NCBI RefSeq assembly: GCF_009914755.1 | Contig: NC_060935.1 | Length of the DNA: 64,000 nucleotides | Strand: one strand, 5' to 3' | Origin: the human T2T-CHM13v2.0 reference genome, Homo sapiens | Made by a program: the position numbers and the translations under genes | In this document: positions 14,957 through 29,392 of the stretch, piece by piece | How the letters are laid out: every line of letters starts with the position of its first letter | Numbering within the stretch: the stretch's first letter is position 1 | Notes under the pieces: generated by a model | The model's input: the letters and a program-made list of their open reading frames with translations, nothing else | Told to the model about the DNA's origin: nothing | Databases searched by the model: none

Positions 14957-15352
14957 TGTTTTAGTTCACTAGGGCTGCCAAAACAAAGTACTGACTGGAT
15001 GGCTTAAAGAACAGAAATTTACTTCCTCACCATTGTGGAGACTGCAAGTCCAAGGTCAAGGTGTCAGCGGGGTTGTTTCTTCTGGGAGCTCCTCTCCTTG
15101 GCTTCCAGATGGCCGCCTTCTCTCTTTGTCTTCATATGGTCTTCCCTCTATACCTATCTGTGTCCTAATCTCTTCTCATAAGGACACCAGTCATATTGGA
15201 TTAGGGCCTACTCATATGACCTCATTTTACCTAAATAACCTCCTTAAAGACCTTATCTCCAAATAGAGTCATATCCTGAGGTACTGGGGATTAGGAAGTC
15301 AACCTATAAACTTGGAGGAGAAGAAGGAGGCTGCACAATTCAGCCCATGACA
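14957..15352 (-). mobile_element. MLT1B-like MaLR LTR
   Basis: ttagtt..agggctgcc..aacaaagtac..ggcttaaa..aacagaaattt; ends cacaattcagcccatgaca. Confidence 0.85.
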
Positions 15353-16829
15353 GAAGTTAACACTGATGCTCAGAGAAGTGCCAGTGAGTCCCTGATAAAA
15401 GCTACAGCCAATCAGTTCAGGAACCAAGAATTAGGCCTGTAACTGCCTTCCTTCTTGGCTGACTGACAACCCTAGAGATACAAAGCTTCATCCAGCACTG
15501 GTAACCGAACTTAACTCTATTTTGCCACCACCACTTCCTGTACGTGCCCCTCGCCCCTTGGCCTCCCCACAGCACTGGTGCTACCTGAGGTGTCTGTATT
15601 TGAGCCAAAGGCAAGAGAAGGTGTCAATACGGAAGAGAGAAAGAAACATGTCTCCCTTGGGACTAGGGTGGGAAATGACAAGGATGGAGGCAACTTCCAA
15701 GGAGAACCACTGGCTCGCTTCCCAAGCTCATAAGCAGAACATAGAAAAAAGGTCCAAATGCCCTGGCTAGATGGAAGAGAGCCAAGCCACCAGCAAGTAC
15801 CAGCAGCGGGTCTCTGACTGCCAGCCAAGGCCATGGCGCTGCCAGACAGGAACTGACATGGAGCAGAGAGAGAGGCCTGGCAGCGGGATGGCTTCACCCT
15901 CCACACAGCTTTTGCTGTTGGCTTCTGCAGGGTCATGAGTCCTCAGCAGCCTCAGTTCCCAGAGTCACTCTTCACTATTGGGTGCCAGTTGGCTAAGTGC
16001 CATATTGGAAAAAGAGTACGGGATGTGAGCTTCTAGATGAACCAACCCATTATAATCAGACTTGGCTTAGTTTGGCCACACATTGCCAAGACAGCAGGGA
16101 GGTGTTGCTGACTCAGCACCAGGCACCCAAGGACAGGCAGGTCCAGAAGTGGCTTGAGGTAAAGGAATCTACAATGGACAACTGTAGTGTCCTAGAGATG
16201 CCTAGGGTCCAGCCATTAAGCTGTAGTCCAGTTCTCTAGGCAAAGGAGAGTTCACAGTCTATCTTCTCAGCTGCCCCTGAATCCAAGTCTCAAGGTGCAA
16301 AGTCCTGGAGGACTTGCAGACACCAGCTGCTGGCTTGTCCAGGAGATATTAAAGTTTCCTTTAAAATCATCCCAGCAGTCCAGATGACCTGCTCTTCAAC
16401 CTCATCCTGAAATTGCATCCACAGCAGGGTAGACCAATCTGAGCAGCCAGCTCTGGAAGTGAAACTGAGGAGATCATAGCCAACAATCCTCCTTGGACCA
16501 GGTGGCATTCTGGGCTTTGCCTGGAGAAAGCCACATTTTTTACACAAAGACCAAAAGACCAAGGATCAGGAGGAAGAAGGCAGTGGGCATGGTAGGGTGT
16601 GGACTCTGCCTTAGCAGAGACTCTGGGGGAGATAAAACAGGGGGAGATGAGACCATGATCATCTCACAAGAGTTAAGCCTCAAAAGTCACAGGAGCTGTA
16701 TGTAGAGCTACTTTGCCCACCTGTGGTTCTCCCCTGTAATGGGTAAGAACAAGAAACAGCATTCAACAGTTTGAGACACAGTTTGTCTAGTAGAATGCCA
16801 GAGGGATTGCAGTAGCAACCTGGTGACCC

Positions 16830-17350
16830 CGTTCATTCATGCATTCATTCAACACATTTTTATTGAGCACCTAATTTGTGCCAAGCATTATGCTGAGTGG
16901 TTGACAGGATAAAAAAATAAACTAACAGGCCTTACCCTCATGAAGCTTACATTCTAGCAGAGAAAAATGAATCAATTATACAATTCAAAACACTAATAAT
17001 TGTAATAAGTGCTACCAAGGACTTTGAGAGTACATGATGGAACACAATCTTGGAGGTCCCAGAAGGCTCCTTTGGGAAAGGGACACCTAGGCTAGTCCCT
17101 AAAAGGTGAGAGTAAATTACCTAGAAAAAAGGATGGGATAGGGATGGGAAAGAACATGCCAGGAAAAAGGAGTAACTTATGCAAAGGCCTTAAGGCTGGA
17201 GAGAGCGTGACAGAATCAAGGAACCAAGGTCCCAAGTGGCTGGAGTCCAGAGATTGGTGTGCAATGGATCTCAAGAGCCTAGCTCTCAGAGAGGGCACCT
17301 CATATAGGGCCTCGTAGACTATCTAAAGGGTTTTTATCTCTAAGAGCAGC
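16830..17350 (-). mobile_element. L2
   Basis: cattcattcaacacattttattgagcacc...ccctcatgaagcttacattctag...atgcaaaggccttaaggc. Confidence 0.85.
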
Positions 17351-17750
17351 CAGAGCCATAGAAGGGCTTGGGGGAGGATGAGATGGCATAATTAGCTATG
17401 CTGACCTGAGCATTCAGCCCTCCCCTTTACCTAATGTTGCCTCCATACAAAGGAGGAGACCTGGCTTTGTGTCTGAGTTCATCATGATCTGAAAAACTCC
17501 AAACTGGATAATTCATGAGAGCTACTTTGCTTCTAGCAAGCACAGCTAGTCAACCGATTTGCAAAGACAAAATTTAGGTTTGCACGTGTGTTTCCCGAAG
17601 GGCAGGATGTCCCTGTGGGCTCCCATCTGGCTACCAATTAACTGATGTCTGCACCTTAGAGGCATAGACCTGCCCAGCTTGCAGGAAAGAGAAAATGGGG
17701 CTAACTTCCCCAGCAACACTATAAACTAAGGCTTACAAAAAGTAGAAGGC

Positions 17751-18147
<397 letters not shown>

Positions 18148-20792
18148 CTATCTCTGAAACTCAGGAAAACAGTCCCTTCTCTATGCACCAAGAGAGAATC
18201 TCTAATCTATCATTCCAATAGGATTCTCCTAAACTGCTTCAAGCCAGTCTGTTTTTTTATCCCAAAACAAAAGGATGCAGGGGAGGGTCTTCTGGTCTCA
18301 GCGACCTTCACAAGGGAGCCCCAGCAAATCGTTCCTCCAGCTCTGAGCCAACCGTGCACCAAGCTCAATCTCAACCTAAATATTCAAGGCACAAAAATTG
18401 ATCATAGAGGTCCCCAGTAAGGGCAGAGTGGTTCTGAAAAAGACCACACTGACACACTTCTGCTGGACTTCCTCTCATGCTCATGAGAAATGGCTGCTGT
18501 ACGTGGCCTCTGAGACCACCCAGGTGCCCTCCTGCTGGACACTCAAGATGGACATTCACAGTGCTCACCCCACCCTGCCACCCCAAGAGTCCTGGAAATG
18601 CATGTGCACACAGGCCTTCATCGCCCTAATGCTCACATGGCCACCAAGCGCAGGCTGGAATAGAAGGATGTGTCCTTTGACCTTTTTGTCCTCTCTTCCC
18701 AGACCGAGCCTGGGCATCAAGTGCACAGGAAGACAGTTAACCTGAATCACCACGTGGAAACACTCCTATATAGAACCTTTGTGCCTCAGGTGCAGAGGAT
18801 CAGCCAGGGACAGGACAGGGTGACTCCCGAGGCCAGAAACAGGACAAGGTCCCTCCCCTGCTCAATAAGAATGGACACGAGACACCCATAGGACACACTC
18901 AGGAACTCCAAGTTCTGTCTTGGCCTCCCCCATCCCCAGCTGGCAGCCAATCCCCAAAAGCAGCTGTGGGTGGAGAGGGAGGGCAGTTTTGGATTCTATA
19001 GACTATAAAGCAGGTGCTGTGGCAGCTTTGGTCTTAGTAAGGCTGCACACCTCTCTGTTTTCCCCCACCTTAGTGAGACTCCCTGTGTCAGGACATTGGT
19101 GCATTTTCTCCCCCATGCACTGGACACAGTGCATTTCCATTTCTTTTCCAGGTGGGGACCCTGTAGCCAGTGACTCCTGACCTGGCTGCTCCTCAGCAGA
19201 CACCTCAGGTTCCTCCTGCAGAAGAGACCCCTGTTGGCCACTCCTAAGCCTTCCTCAGGTGCCTAGATAGCCCCTCCACCCCGAGTCAGCAAGAAGGGCC
19301 ACCGCAGTGACAGAGCTCCCCCTACTGAGAGCTCGCTGTGGTGGCGGGCCCGGGAGACCGAATGAGGCACTCTCTCCCCTAGAAATTAGATTCTGGGAAC
19401 ATCTTCCAACTCTCCCCCAATCCACTGCTCCCAAATAAGGGCAGCATTATCTGGAAGATCCTAAGAATCAAATCCTTTTACATCAGTGCCATATCTCCAT
19501 TGTCAAAACTTGAAATAACTCCCAGGACAGGCCCTTAGCCCAGCCTGGGCCAGACTAATGGCATGTGTTCCAAGGTCCCCACTGCACCGATCTCAAAGCA
19601 TCATGTGCACCAAACCATTCAGTTAAGCATTCCTACTAACTACCTCCCAGAGAGCTGGCCTACCCCTCCCCAAAGGAATTCTTAGACACCTTGCCCACCC
19701 TTACACCACAGGCAGCTGAGCCCAAGCTGACAACTTCCAAAGGACCTGTCGATATCAATGACAATAAATAATAATATAACATGCTTGTTCTCAAAGTATA
19801 TGACATTCATTTAATACACAAAAACAATGCCACCACCCTCAAAAAATAGATATCACCATCAGATGAGGAAATTAAGGCATAGAAAGATGAGAGACATGCC
19901 AGGATGAAAACTCAGCTCCTTACACATAAAGACCACTTTCTGGAGGAGCTGTGAGCTGAGGACTGTTAAGACGAAAGGACATTGGAACCAGGAAATCTCC
20001 GAGGCCTGAGCTCCTTTCAGGGCCCTGCCAGAAGAGGAGGCCGAGAAAGCCAGACCTCTCCCTCCCCAGGTGCTAAGTCACCACAGAGACCCTCCCCAGG
20101 TCACCACAGCCTTAGAACCACCACCACCAGTGGTGACAGAAGCCTCATGGAGGAGCAAAATAGGTGAAGGGAAATGAGCACAGGCTCAGAGGCTTGACCA
20201 GCCTCTCCCATCCTGCCCATCGCAAGAAACATGTTCTTCAGAGAGCTCTTAGCTAGAGAAACACTAAAGGCCCTCACAGGTTCATCTTTAGGGCATCTCC
20301 CATCCACAGCCCAAGTCGATACAATCCAGTGCCCCAGGATACTGAGAGTGACACGGATAGATGATGCTCAATTTGGGAAGCAGCAAGGGCAAGGAAAGCA
20401 AGGAAACTAGCCTGGGCTCTAGAGCTGGATGACTTACAAAATGTTGGTGTCACTATCTAAAAACAAAGGAGTCAAGAGGAACACCATGGGGTGAGAAAGG
20501 AGATGATGAGTTAACGCGAAAATGCTGGGCGTCCTGCCCCACAACTTGGCATGGAATTCACCTCAATATAATTTTTGCTGTAAGATGACAGTGCTAATTT
20601 GTTCACATTTATTACAGTTGGTTAATCCACCCAAATAATTCATTTATTTGAGGCCAATAAACTGAATGCTAACTGGCCTCAAAGTCATTCATCATCATTA
20701 AGTGGTAAGGTTATGTGGTTATTAATAAACCAAGCCTGCAGATAAAAGATTTACGGTCACTTAAGCATTTGTTTATTAATTCAATAAAATTA

Positions 20793-21026
20793 GGCCGGAT
20801 GTAGTGGCTGACGCCTGTAATCCCAACACTTTGAGAGCCCGAGGTGGGTAGATCACCTGAGGTCAAGAGTTCGAGACCAGCCTGACCAATATGGTGAAAC
20901 CCCGTCTCTACTGAAAATACAAAAATTAGCCAGGCGTGGTGGCAGGTGCCTGTAATCCCAGCTTACTCAAGAGGCTGATGCAGGAGAATCACTGCAACCT
21001 GGGAGATAGAGATTGCAGTGAGCCAG
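20793..21026 (+). mobile_element. AluS, 3'-truncated
   Basis: Alu stops at gcagtgagccag with no poly(A) and abuts L2 sequence. Confidence 0.9.
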
Positions 21027-21867
21027 GCTGTATTAGGTACTTTAAAAGATTAATAAAAACAAGCCCGGTCCCCAAGTAGCTCAAACCTTACTAGAGAAGA
21101 GATGTGATGTCAAGGGCCATGAGAGGGGACAAACTGCCATGGCAGTTTAGAAAGCGGATGAGCAGGTCCTTCTGTACAATCATAGAGGGCTACATGAAGG
21201 AAGGCGCCATTTGGGCTGGACCTGGGAAAATGGGTAGGCGTGGAACAAACTTTTATCATGGGGCATGCATTCCAGGCAGAACGTGTGCAAAGGAGGAGGT
21301 AGGAAAAATGAAGGGTATTTTTTAGAAGCAGTAAGGATTCCTGGAAGACAGTGGCAGCATTTCTGGGTAGGGGGTTCACAGGTGTTGTTGAGGCCCTGCT
21401 GCATGCCAGGCACTCTGTACCATAGGCAGGCTCCATGCTGATCATGGAGATAAACACATACACAAAAGACACAGGAGCCCTGGCCTCATGGAGCTCATAG
21501 TCCCTCCAAGGATACAGTCGAAAAAGAAGACTGGAGAGCCCCCAGTGCTGACCATTTAAGGAGCCTGGGGACTTGGGGGTTAGCAATGGAGAGTTAATGA
21601 CAGTTTTTAATGCTGCAAGGTTATGATCAGCGCCTTTTAGAAGATTTATCTGGCCCGATAGTAGAAGAAAAACTTAAGAAGAAAGACGGGAAATATTGAA
21701 ATTTCAGTTAAGAAACTACTGTAGTAACCCAGATGAGAGATAATTACCAAAATCAGAGCAGTAGGTAGGAAGAAAAATAGGGTATGAATGCAAGAGATAC
21801 TAACCAAGCAGACTACACTCAATCTGGGAACTAGCAAGGGCAAGAAAAGCATCGAAATGGATCTGAG

Positions 21868-22163
21868 GGCGGGCACAGTGGCTGACGCCTATAATCGCAG
21901 CTCTTTGGGAGGCCAAGGTGGGAAGATCGCTTGAGCTCAACAGTTTGAGACTAGCCTGGGTAACATAGTGACACCCCATCTCTACAAAAAATTTAAAAAT
22001 AGCTGGGCATGGTGGCACACACCTGCAGTCCCAGCTACTCGGGAGGCTGAGGTGGGAGGATCACGTGAGCCCTGGAAGTTGAGGATTCAGTGAGCCGAGA
22101 TTGCGCCACTGCACTGCAGCCTGGATGACAGAGCCAGACCTCGTCTCAAAGAAAGAAAAAAAA
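21868..22163 (+). mobile_element. AluJ
   Basis: Diverged full Alu with J diagnostics. Confidence 0.92.
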
Positions 22164-25156
22164 GGAGAAACTGACCTGGGCTCTAGTGCCTAGGTGATTT
22201 ACAGAATGTTGGCATCATTATCCAAAAACCAGGGTGTCAAGAGGAGCACAGCGGGACAAGGAGGAGGGTGATGAGTTCATGTGGGGTATGCTCAGTGTCT
22301 TCCCACAATGAGAAAGTGGGTGGTCCAGCCAGAGAGAGGTGAGAATTGCCAAGAAACCATGAAAGCAGTGACAGAGGAAGGGAAGGGAAATGAAAAAAAA
22401 AATGGAAAGGAGGACTGGATTGAGAGTGGTTGTATCTACACATTGTATAGATCCTCCTGGCAGAAGACTCTAGCACCCATGGTTCTCTCTCCGTGTCTCC
22501 AAAGCTCTTTGGAAAGACACTTTCTTTGGCAAAAGAAAAGGAGAACACACAATAGAGAGAATGTACTGCAGAAATATGCATGGCAAATATGGCAGGGATA
22601 GGGAAAGGGGTTTGCATTGTAGCGGTGGTGGGTGGACAAGGTGTTTCAATCTGTAGTGTTCCCTTATAGTTCTAGCACACCTTGGGCTCTCCTCTCACAG
22701 TGACTCTCCCTCCATGCTCCAGAGATCCTGACTCCTCAGTTTTCCCATTGCTACCAGAGCCCAGGCCGGCCTGAATTCCAGATGATGACCACCACTAGAT
22801 GAGAAAGACCAGATCAGAAGTCACCCTCTTCACCAGCACCCAAGGCTTCTTCACCTACACTCCCCTTACCACGCCCCTGTATCACACTGCATCAGAGGCA
22901 GGCAGGCCCGGGCAGGTTTGGCACAGCCAGCTCCCAGGCCGGTGTGGGAAAGTTAATATCACCCCGGAGTTTACTCAAAGTGTATGTGCCTTAGCAGAGC
23001 ATGTTTTCTGGAGCTTCCCTGGGAGCTCACCAGCGCCATCAGAACATTTCTCAGTCTTTGCAAACACAATTGATTTACAATCCCACCACTGAAGTCACAA
23101 AGACAGAATGAAAATCAACTCCCCACAAGGATATTATTTCCTTGAAGAGACCTAGAATGATCTCAGTGACAGAGTTTCTTCATAAGTGGGTAAGAAAAAG
23201 TCCCTGCCTGCCTCCATTTTCTATTGGAACATCTCTTTTCTCTCATAATGCTGTTAAATATACCCCAGCAAAGTGGAGCTACTAAATTGAAATCATTAAG
23301 AAAGGATCAGTTCTCTACCCATCTCAGCTCTAGAGACTAGAGGAAAGGTGAGATCCATTCACAATAAGATGCTCTTCTTTCTGGAAAAAGGCAGCCACAT
23401 CACAGACCTCTCTGAGCTGTGAAATTGAGCAGGACCCTTTGGTAGAGGCCTAGAGAGAGGGGCCCATGGCGGTCAAGAATAATCATGGCCGCTCACCCAG
23501 CACTGCCGAACACCCAGACATGGGACCTCTGCTCACAGCTCTCAAAGGACCGCTCTGATCTCACCCAGGCAATATGTGGCCAACTCCATATAAAACAACA
23601 GAAGAATAAAAAGAGATTTTTTTTCCTAATAAATATTCTTCTGCCGCTAATCCACCCTTTATAACTGTCAGGCTTCATGGGGCTGGCAGAGAGCCCATCA
23701 GATAACAAGGCAGCTGTGACCTGAGAAACGTGAGAAGAGGAGCAGATTAATAAAGATGAAAAACATGTTTGGTAACTGTGTCTGAGGGGAGGTCTCAGGG
23801 GAGTCTTTAGAGGGATACTCTGGCAGCCCGGGGACCCCAAAACCAATGCCACCCAGAAGCTGCAGCTACCCCAAGGGGAGGGGTCAGTCAAATGTGGTCC
23901 CTGAAAGCAAGCAGCTGACTTCCCTGACTTTCTGCACAGGCATTTGCTACCTGAGCCTTCCTGGGTTGACTTCATAGAATATGACAATAGAGTGACAGAG
24001 GCGTCACATCACAAGGCACAGGCTTTTGGTTCCCCCCACCCGGAACATTAGACTGAGGACACATACAGCTCTGTGGGGAGGCAGCCCAAGGCGGTGGCAT
24101 TCTCCCCTCCTGCTCGCCGACAAGCCCCCGGCAAGCAGCTGTGACAAAGCAAGGATGAAGTTATAGGGAGGAGGATTTGACTAATGGCCGTATTTTCCTT
24201 GCCAAGAGCTAGGATAAATGGTCCAAAAAGTGCATAGGTAAGTATGGAGACGTCAGGACAGAAAATTTCTGAGTTAGGCCTGTCCTGAAATATCTGGGAT
24301 TTGGTAGAGTATAGAATGGAAATACTGGTCTTCTAGACTGTGAGATGACAAGGATTATCACAAAGATGGAAGGGGAAGAGGAAGAAGATGAAGGAATTGA
24401 GTTCCCTTTTAAGACCCTACACCTTTCTCCATCATCATCTATGATGACGTCACAAAGAAAAGTCCACCAATTCAGTCCCTCCAGATTTCTTCAAACCCCA
24501 CTGTATTGTTTCTGCTGCTTTTCCTTGCATCTCTGTCCTGCAATCCTCAGCAAGCCCTGCTGACCTACAGAGTTGTGCAGAGCCTCCAGTCAGGGACCTC
24601 TTCCTTTTGCCAATGCCTGGGGACTATGGCATTGGGCCACACAGTCATCTCCCCAGGGGAGCAGACTGACAGCGGACCTGGGGAGAAAAACAATCAGGTA
24701 TCAACAGGTTCTTCCTGATCCAAATTAAATTCTAGCCCAGGGGACCTGAGCCCTAGGACACAAAGCTCAATGTTAGGTCCTATCTCTGAACTTCTCTACG
24801 CAGAGTTACTCAGCCCCTGACTATCTGCTGTTTGGAGCCATTCAGGGGAAGTGGGGGTGCAGGCATTCATTCCACTCCCACTCCTGGAACAGGCTACCAG
24901 GGTCTACCAGTGTGAGAGGCAGGAATTTCTGCAAGGCTCTTCAGCTTCATGGCTGCCTCAGGTTCGTGGTAACCAGGAATACAGTGTGAGGGTCTCATTA
25001 GCTCCAGGAAAAGGAAGGCCAGTGATAGACCGCTAGCTAAATAATTAAGCGAATGTGCAATCACCCGTAATATTTACAGACCACTCACTATGTATGTTCC
25101 AAACATCGTTCTGAGCTCTCCCCATTCACGAATTTGTCCCATCCTCACAACTTACT

Positions 25157-25320
25157 TTTCTTAAATTGAGGTAAAAATCTATATGACTTAAAATTTGCCA
25201 TTTTAGCCATTTTAAAGTGTACAAGTGAGTGACTTCCAGGATAGTTCCAATGTTGTGCAACCATCACCACTATCTAATTCCGGGACATTTCAAAATACCC
25301 AGTACCCAAGAAACAGTTAC
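25157..25320 (-). mobile_element. L1M (L1MB-like) 3' fragment
   Basis: attgaggtaaaa...ccattttaaagtgtacaa...gttgtgcaaccatcaccactatctaattcc. Confidence 0.8.
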
Positions 25321-26204
25321 TCACAAAAACCTACTTTTGAGGGAGGCGCCCCCTACTGACAAAGCTTAACATCACGCTCTCTCGGTAGAAAGGAGACATC
25401 TTGAGAGACCAGTCAGTATTGCAGGGCAGGTCCCAAAAGATGAACTTGGAACTGAGAGGCAATAAATGGGTAACTGGCACGTTACTCAAATTTTACACAT
25501 GAGGAAATGGAACAAGGGAGGTTAAGCAACCTGCTCAAGGTCACGTAGCAACTGATGAAATCAGGCTGATTCCAAAATGAGACAGACATTTGTACCTAGA
25601 AGGTAAAGGTAAAAGCCAAGAAGAAAGATGCTTTGTATCTTCTCAGGCATAAACAGGGGTTTATAATTGGTAAACAGATAAGGTATCCCTGGACTTGTTG
25701 AGCAGATCTAAAACTAATAGGAAAAGGGACATTTCTGGAGCTTTGAATCAGATAGTTTTAGGAAATTCAGTGAAGAATACAAAAAGGTAGTAAACTCCCA
25801 AAACTCATTAGCTATAAGAGAAACGGGGCCACACAATTAGGCCAAGAAGTTCTGTAGCAACTGCTAAGCATTTGTTGAGCAAAGCACACTCCTAGACAAA
25901 ATGGAGAACGTAAAGGGGCAACTCCCCAACTTCAATTCTTCTGCTGCTGATCCCACCTGCTTTCTCATATCTTCCAAGGTTATACACTTTCTTCAAGTCC
26001 TGCTGTACATCCCACCATCCTTAACACTCCAGAGGCTTTCCTGAGTCTGTGTTATTGTTGTTGGTGTTTTTTGTTTTGTTTTTCCCTTGTCTTAGTGTAC
26101 TTAAATCCTATCTCTTCTGATTAGTACAGGCCTCAGTGAGCTCTTTCTGCTGAACACAGCAGGCACATCATAATAGTAAACGCTTATGGTGCATTGTCAT
26201 GTGT

Positions 26205-26804
26205 TGTTAACCCAAAATATCGGAGATAGGTCACAGTCAATTCAGAAAGTTTATTTTGCCAAGGTTAAGAAACAACCATGATACAGCCTCAGGAAGTCCT
26301 GACGACACGTGCCCAAGGTTGCCAGGGTACAGCTTGCTTTTATACATTTTAGAGAGACATGAGACATCAATTGATATATGTAAGCTGTACATTGGTTTGG
26401 TCCAGTAAGGCGGGACAACTCAAAAGTGGAGCCTACCAGGTTAGAAGTAGATAAAAGACAAAAGGTTGCATTCTTTTGAATCCTTGACTAGCCTTCCACT
26501 GAATACACAATTTAGTTTGGCTTAGTGAATCTGCATTTTTATGTAAACACTAGGGCAGAGGAAGTAATCAGATATGCATTTGTCTCAGGCAAGCCTCAGA
26601 GGGATGACTGAATTCTGTCTGTCCTTTGTCCACAAGCAATTTCCTTGTAGGCAAATTGTAAGGAGGGTAAGTATCTTCTTACCTTTTAGCTACCTTATTT
26701 AGGAATAAAATGGGAGGTAGGTTAGCCTGACCACACGGACACCATTACCATCTTGACTTTTCCCTTGGCTTAGGGATTTGGGGGGTCCCAAGATTTATTT
26801 TCCT
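26205..26804 (-). mobile_element. MER4A-like ERV1 solo LTR inserted in a MIR
   Basis: gaaagtttattttgccaaggttaag...ggtcccaagatttattttcct; 4-bp TSD GTGT; MIR halves on both sides. Confidence 0.85.
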
Positions 26805-28447
26805 GTGTCAAACAATTGTTAGCATATGACTTCATTTTGTCCTCACCAAAAGAACCCAGATGAGGAAACTGAGACCCAGAAAGGTTGAATAACTTCCTCA
26901 AAGTCACACAGCCACTAAATGGCAGAATCAACATTAGAATCTTGGTTGTTTTGATGCCAAAACCTCTTAACCCCAGATTAAAGTGCCTCTCAATTGAGTT
27001 TTCACATCACAATGCAACCCTTCACATACGGAGCTAATATTGCCTCTAATTCATTTATACATACCAGCCTTTTCTTTTTACCAGATTAAAAGAAGGCAGT
27101 CACCACGTATACAAAAGCAGCTTAGCATGGTCTCACATACAGTGACTAATTTTGTTCTCTTCTATGCCCCCATAGTGCCTCAGTCAGTGATGAAGGGTTT
27201 GATATTCAAAAGCAGAAATTAAAGGACTTATCTGAAGGCAGAACATATTTGTGTACCTTAACCCAGGCAGTAAAGGAGGGCTATATTGTTCAGTATTGTA
27301 TTGAGAGGTGAATTGAAGGATGGGGGTTCAGGTCAACACATTGCTTTGTGGCTGGTCTAGAACCCCAGGCTCAGTATTAATATTAGCCTAATAAACATAA
27401 TGATAACTCCCATTTTTGGAGCCCTTGATGTGTCAGGCACTGTTCTAAGCACTGAATTTACAGTATCTCATGAATCTTCATAGCAAGCCTATGATGTAGG
27501 CACTGCCATTATTACCGCTTCATAGATCAGGGAATTGAGACTCAGAGAAGTAACTTTCCTAAAGGGGCATAGCCAGTAAATGATAGAATTGGAATTTGAA
27601 CACAGAGCATTTTGATTCCAACCAAGAGGCCCCTCCAAAACCTACTTAGGGAATAATACCTCCCACCTAAGTTCAATATTCAAGCTTTTCATATTCTCAA
27701 ATATTCACTGTTTAATCAACAGAAGTTAACTGATTCACGTAATATACGGCCCATCCTGTGCAGAGGCTTAGCATCTAGACAAGAGGAGGGATGGAGGACA
27801 ACCCCCGGGGCTGGACCACAGTGAAATGGGCTGTCCTGTGTAGGAAATGACCAGAGTGGAGGACAAGCATGGGAAGTTTAGCTAAGGGATCTAATTAGAT
27901 GACCTCTACGTTTTCTTCCAGCACCCAATCAGAGATGTAAGAACTGAACTCTAGCAACTTGCAGAGCTGGGGACACATACTTGACAGCCTCCAGAATGAA
28001 AGTAGTAGATGCTGTCACGACGCTTGGTTGGGATTCCCAGTGGAGGATACAGACATGGAATCAGGGTAGAAGCCAGAGAACTAAATATCAGGAAACACAG
28101 CTAGAGCCAAAGAGACTGTCAGGAAGGTCAGAATTACAAAAAAATAGAGCACACCAGCACATCAGTGCAAATCAGTAAGCACTTATGAGTACCTACTATT
28201 GATTCCTTTGACATTTGATTCATTCAACAAACATTTACTGAGTCTTAATGTGTGTTCCTGGAGCTAGAGAGAAAGGAGAAAGCACAGCTAGAGCCCTGCC
28301 CTCAGGTAGCTGACACTCTCAGAGAATGCTGATAGGCAGGGTATTTCGCTGTGGAGCCACGTGAAGGAGTTGGATCCTGGTCCCTGCCTCCCAGATCACT
28401 TAAACATGGGCTATGGGTACCAAACAAACACACAGCAAGCAGAATTA

Positions 28448-28925
<478 letters not shown>

Positions 28926-28979
28926 TCATCTTCCTCAGAAACCAGATCTTACTATTTCTACTTCTTAAGTAATATATCT

Positions 28980-29114
28980 TTTTTTTTTCTTTTTTGTAGA
29001 GACAAGGTCTCAGTATGTTGCCCAGGCTGGTCTCAAACTCCTGAGCTCAAGCAATCCTTCCACCTCCACCTCCCAAAGTGCTGGTATTACAGGCATAAGC
29101 CACCATGCCTGGCC
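28980..29114 (-). mobile_element. FLAM_C Alu monomer
   Basis: Left-monomer-only Alu; TSD AAGTAATATATCT. Confidence 0.9.
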
Positions 29115-29392
29115 TCAAGTAATATATCTGTCTCCCCTGGAAGTAGTTGTAGAAGCCCTTGTCATCTTAACTGGGCCAAGCCAGGCAGACTCTGACTTGG
29201 AGGTAAGACAAGAAGGAGATAGTGGCCAGAATTCATTAGTAAACCAGCATCTATTGTTTGCAACGGGCGCAATATAAAATACACTAAACAGTCATAAAAT
29301 GTACAACAAAGATGGAAGAGACCTTAAAGATCATCCAATCTGATTTTCTGATCTTACAAATGAAGCAACTGTGGTGTGGGGGCATGAAATAG

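Noticed and set aside
18371-18586. Minus-strand ORF containing ECPAGG and CQCGLFQN
   Set aside because: Only a superficial Cys-repeat resemblance and no supporting splice boundaries.
24551-24697. Exon-like + strand segment (tcctcag|...aatcag|gtatca)
   Set aside because: No frame resembles the Cys-repeat protein and it has no phase-linked neighbours; at most a non-coding exon.
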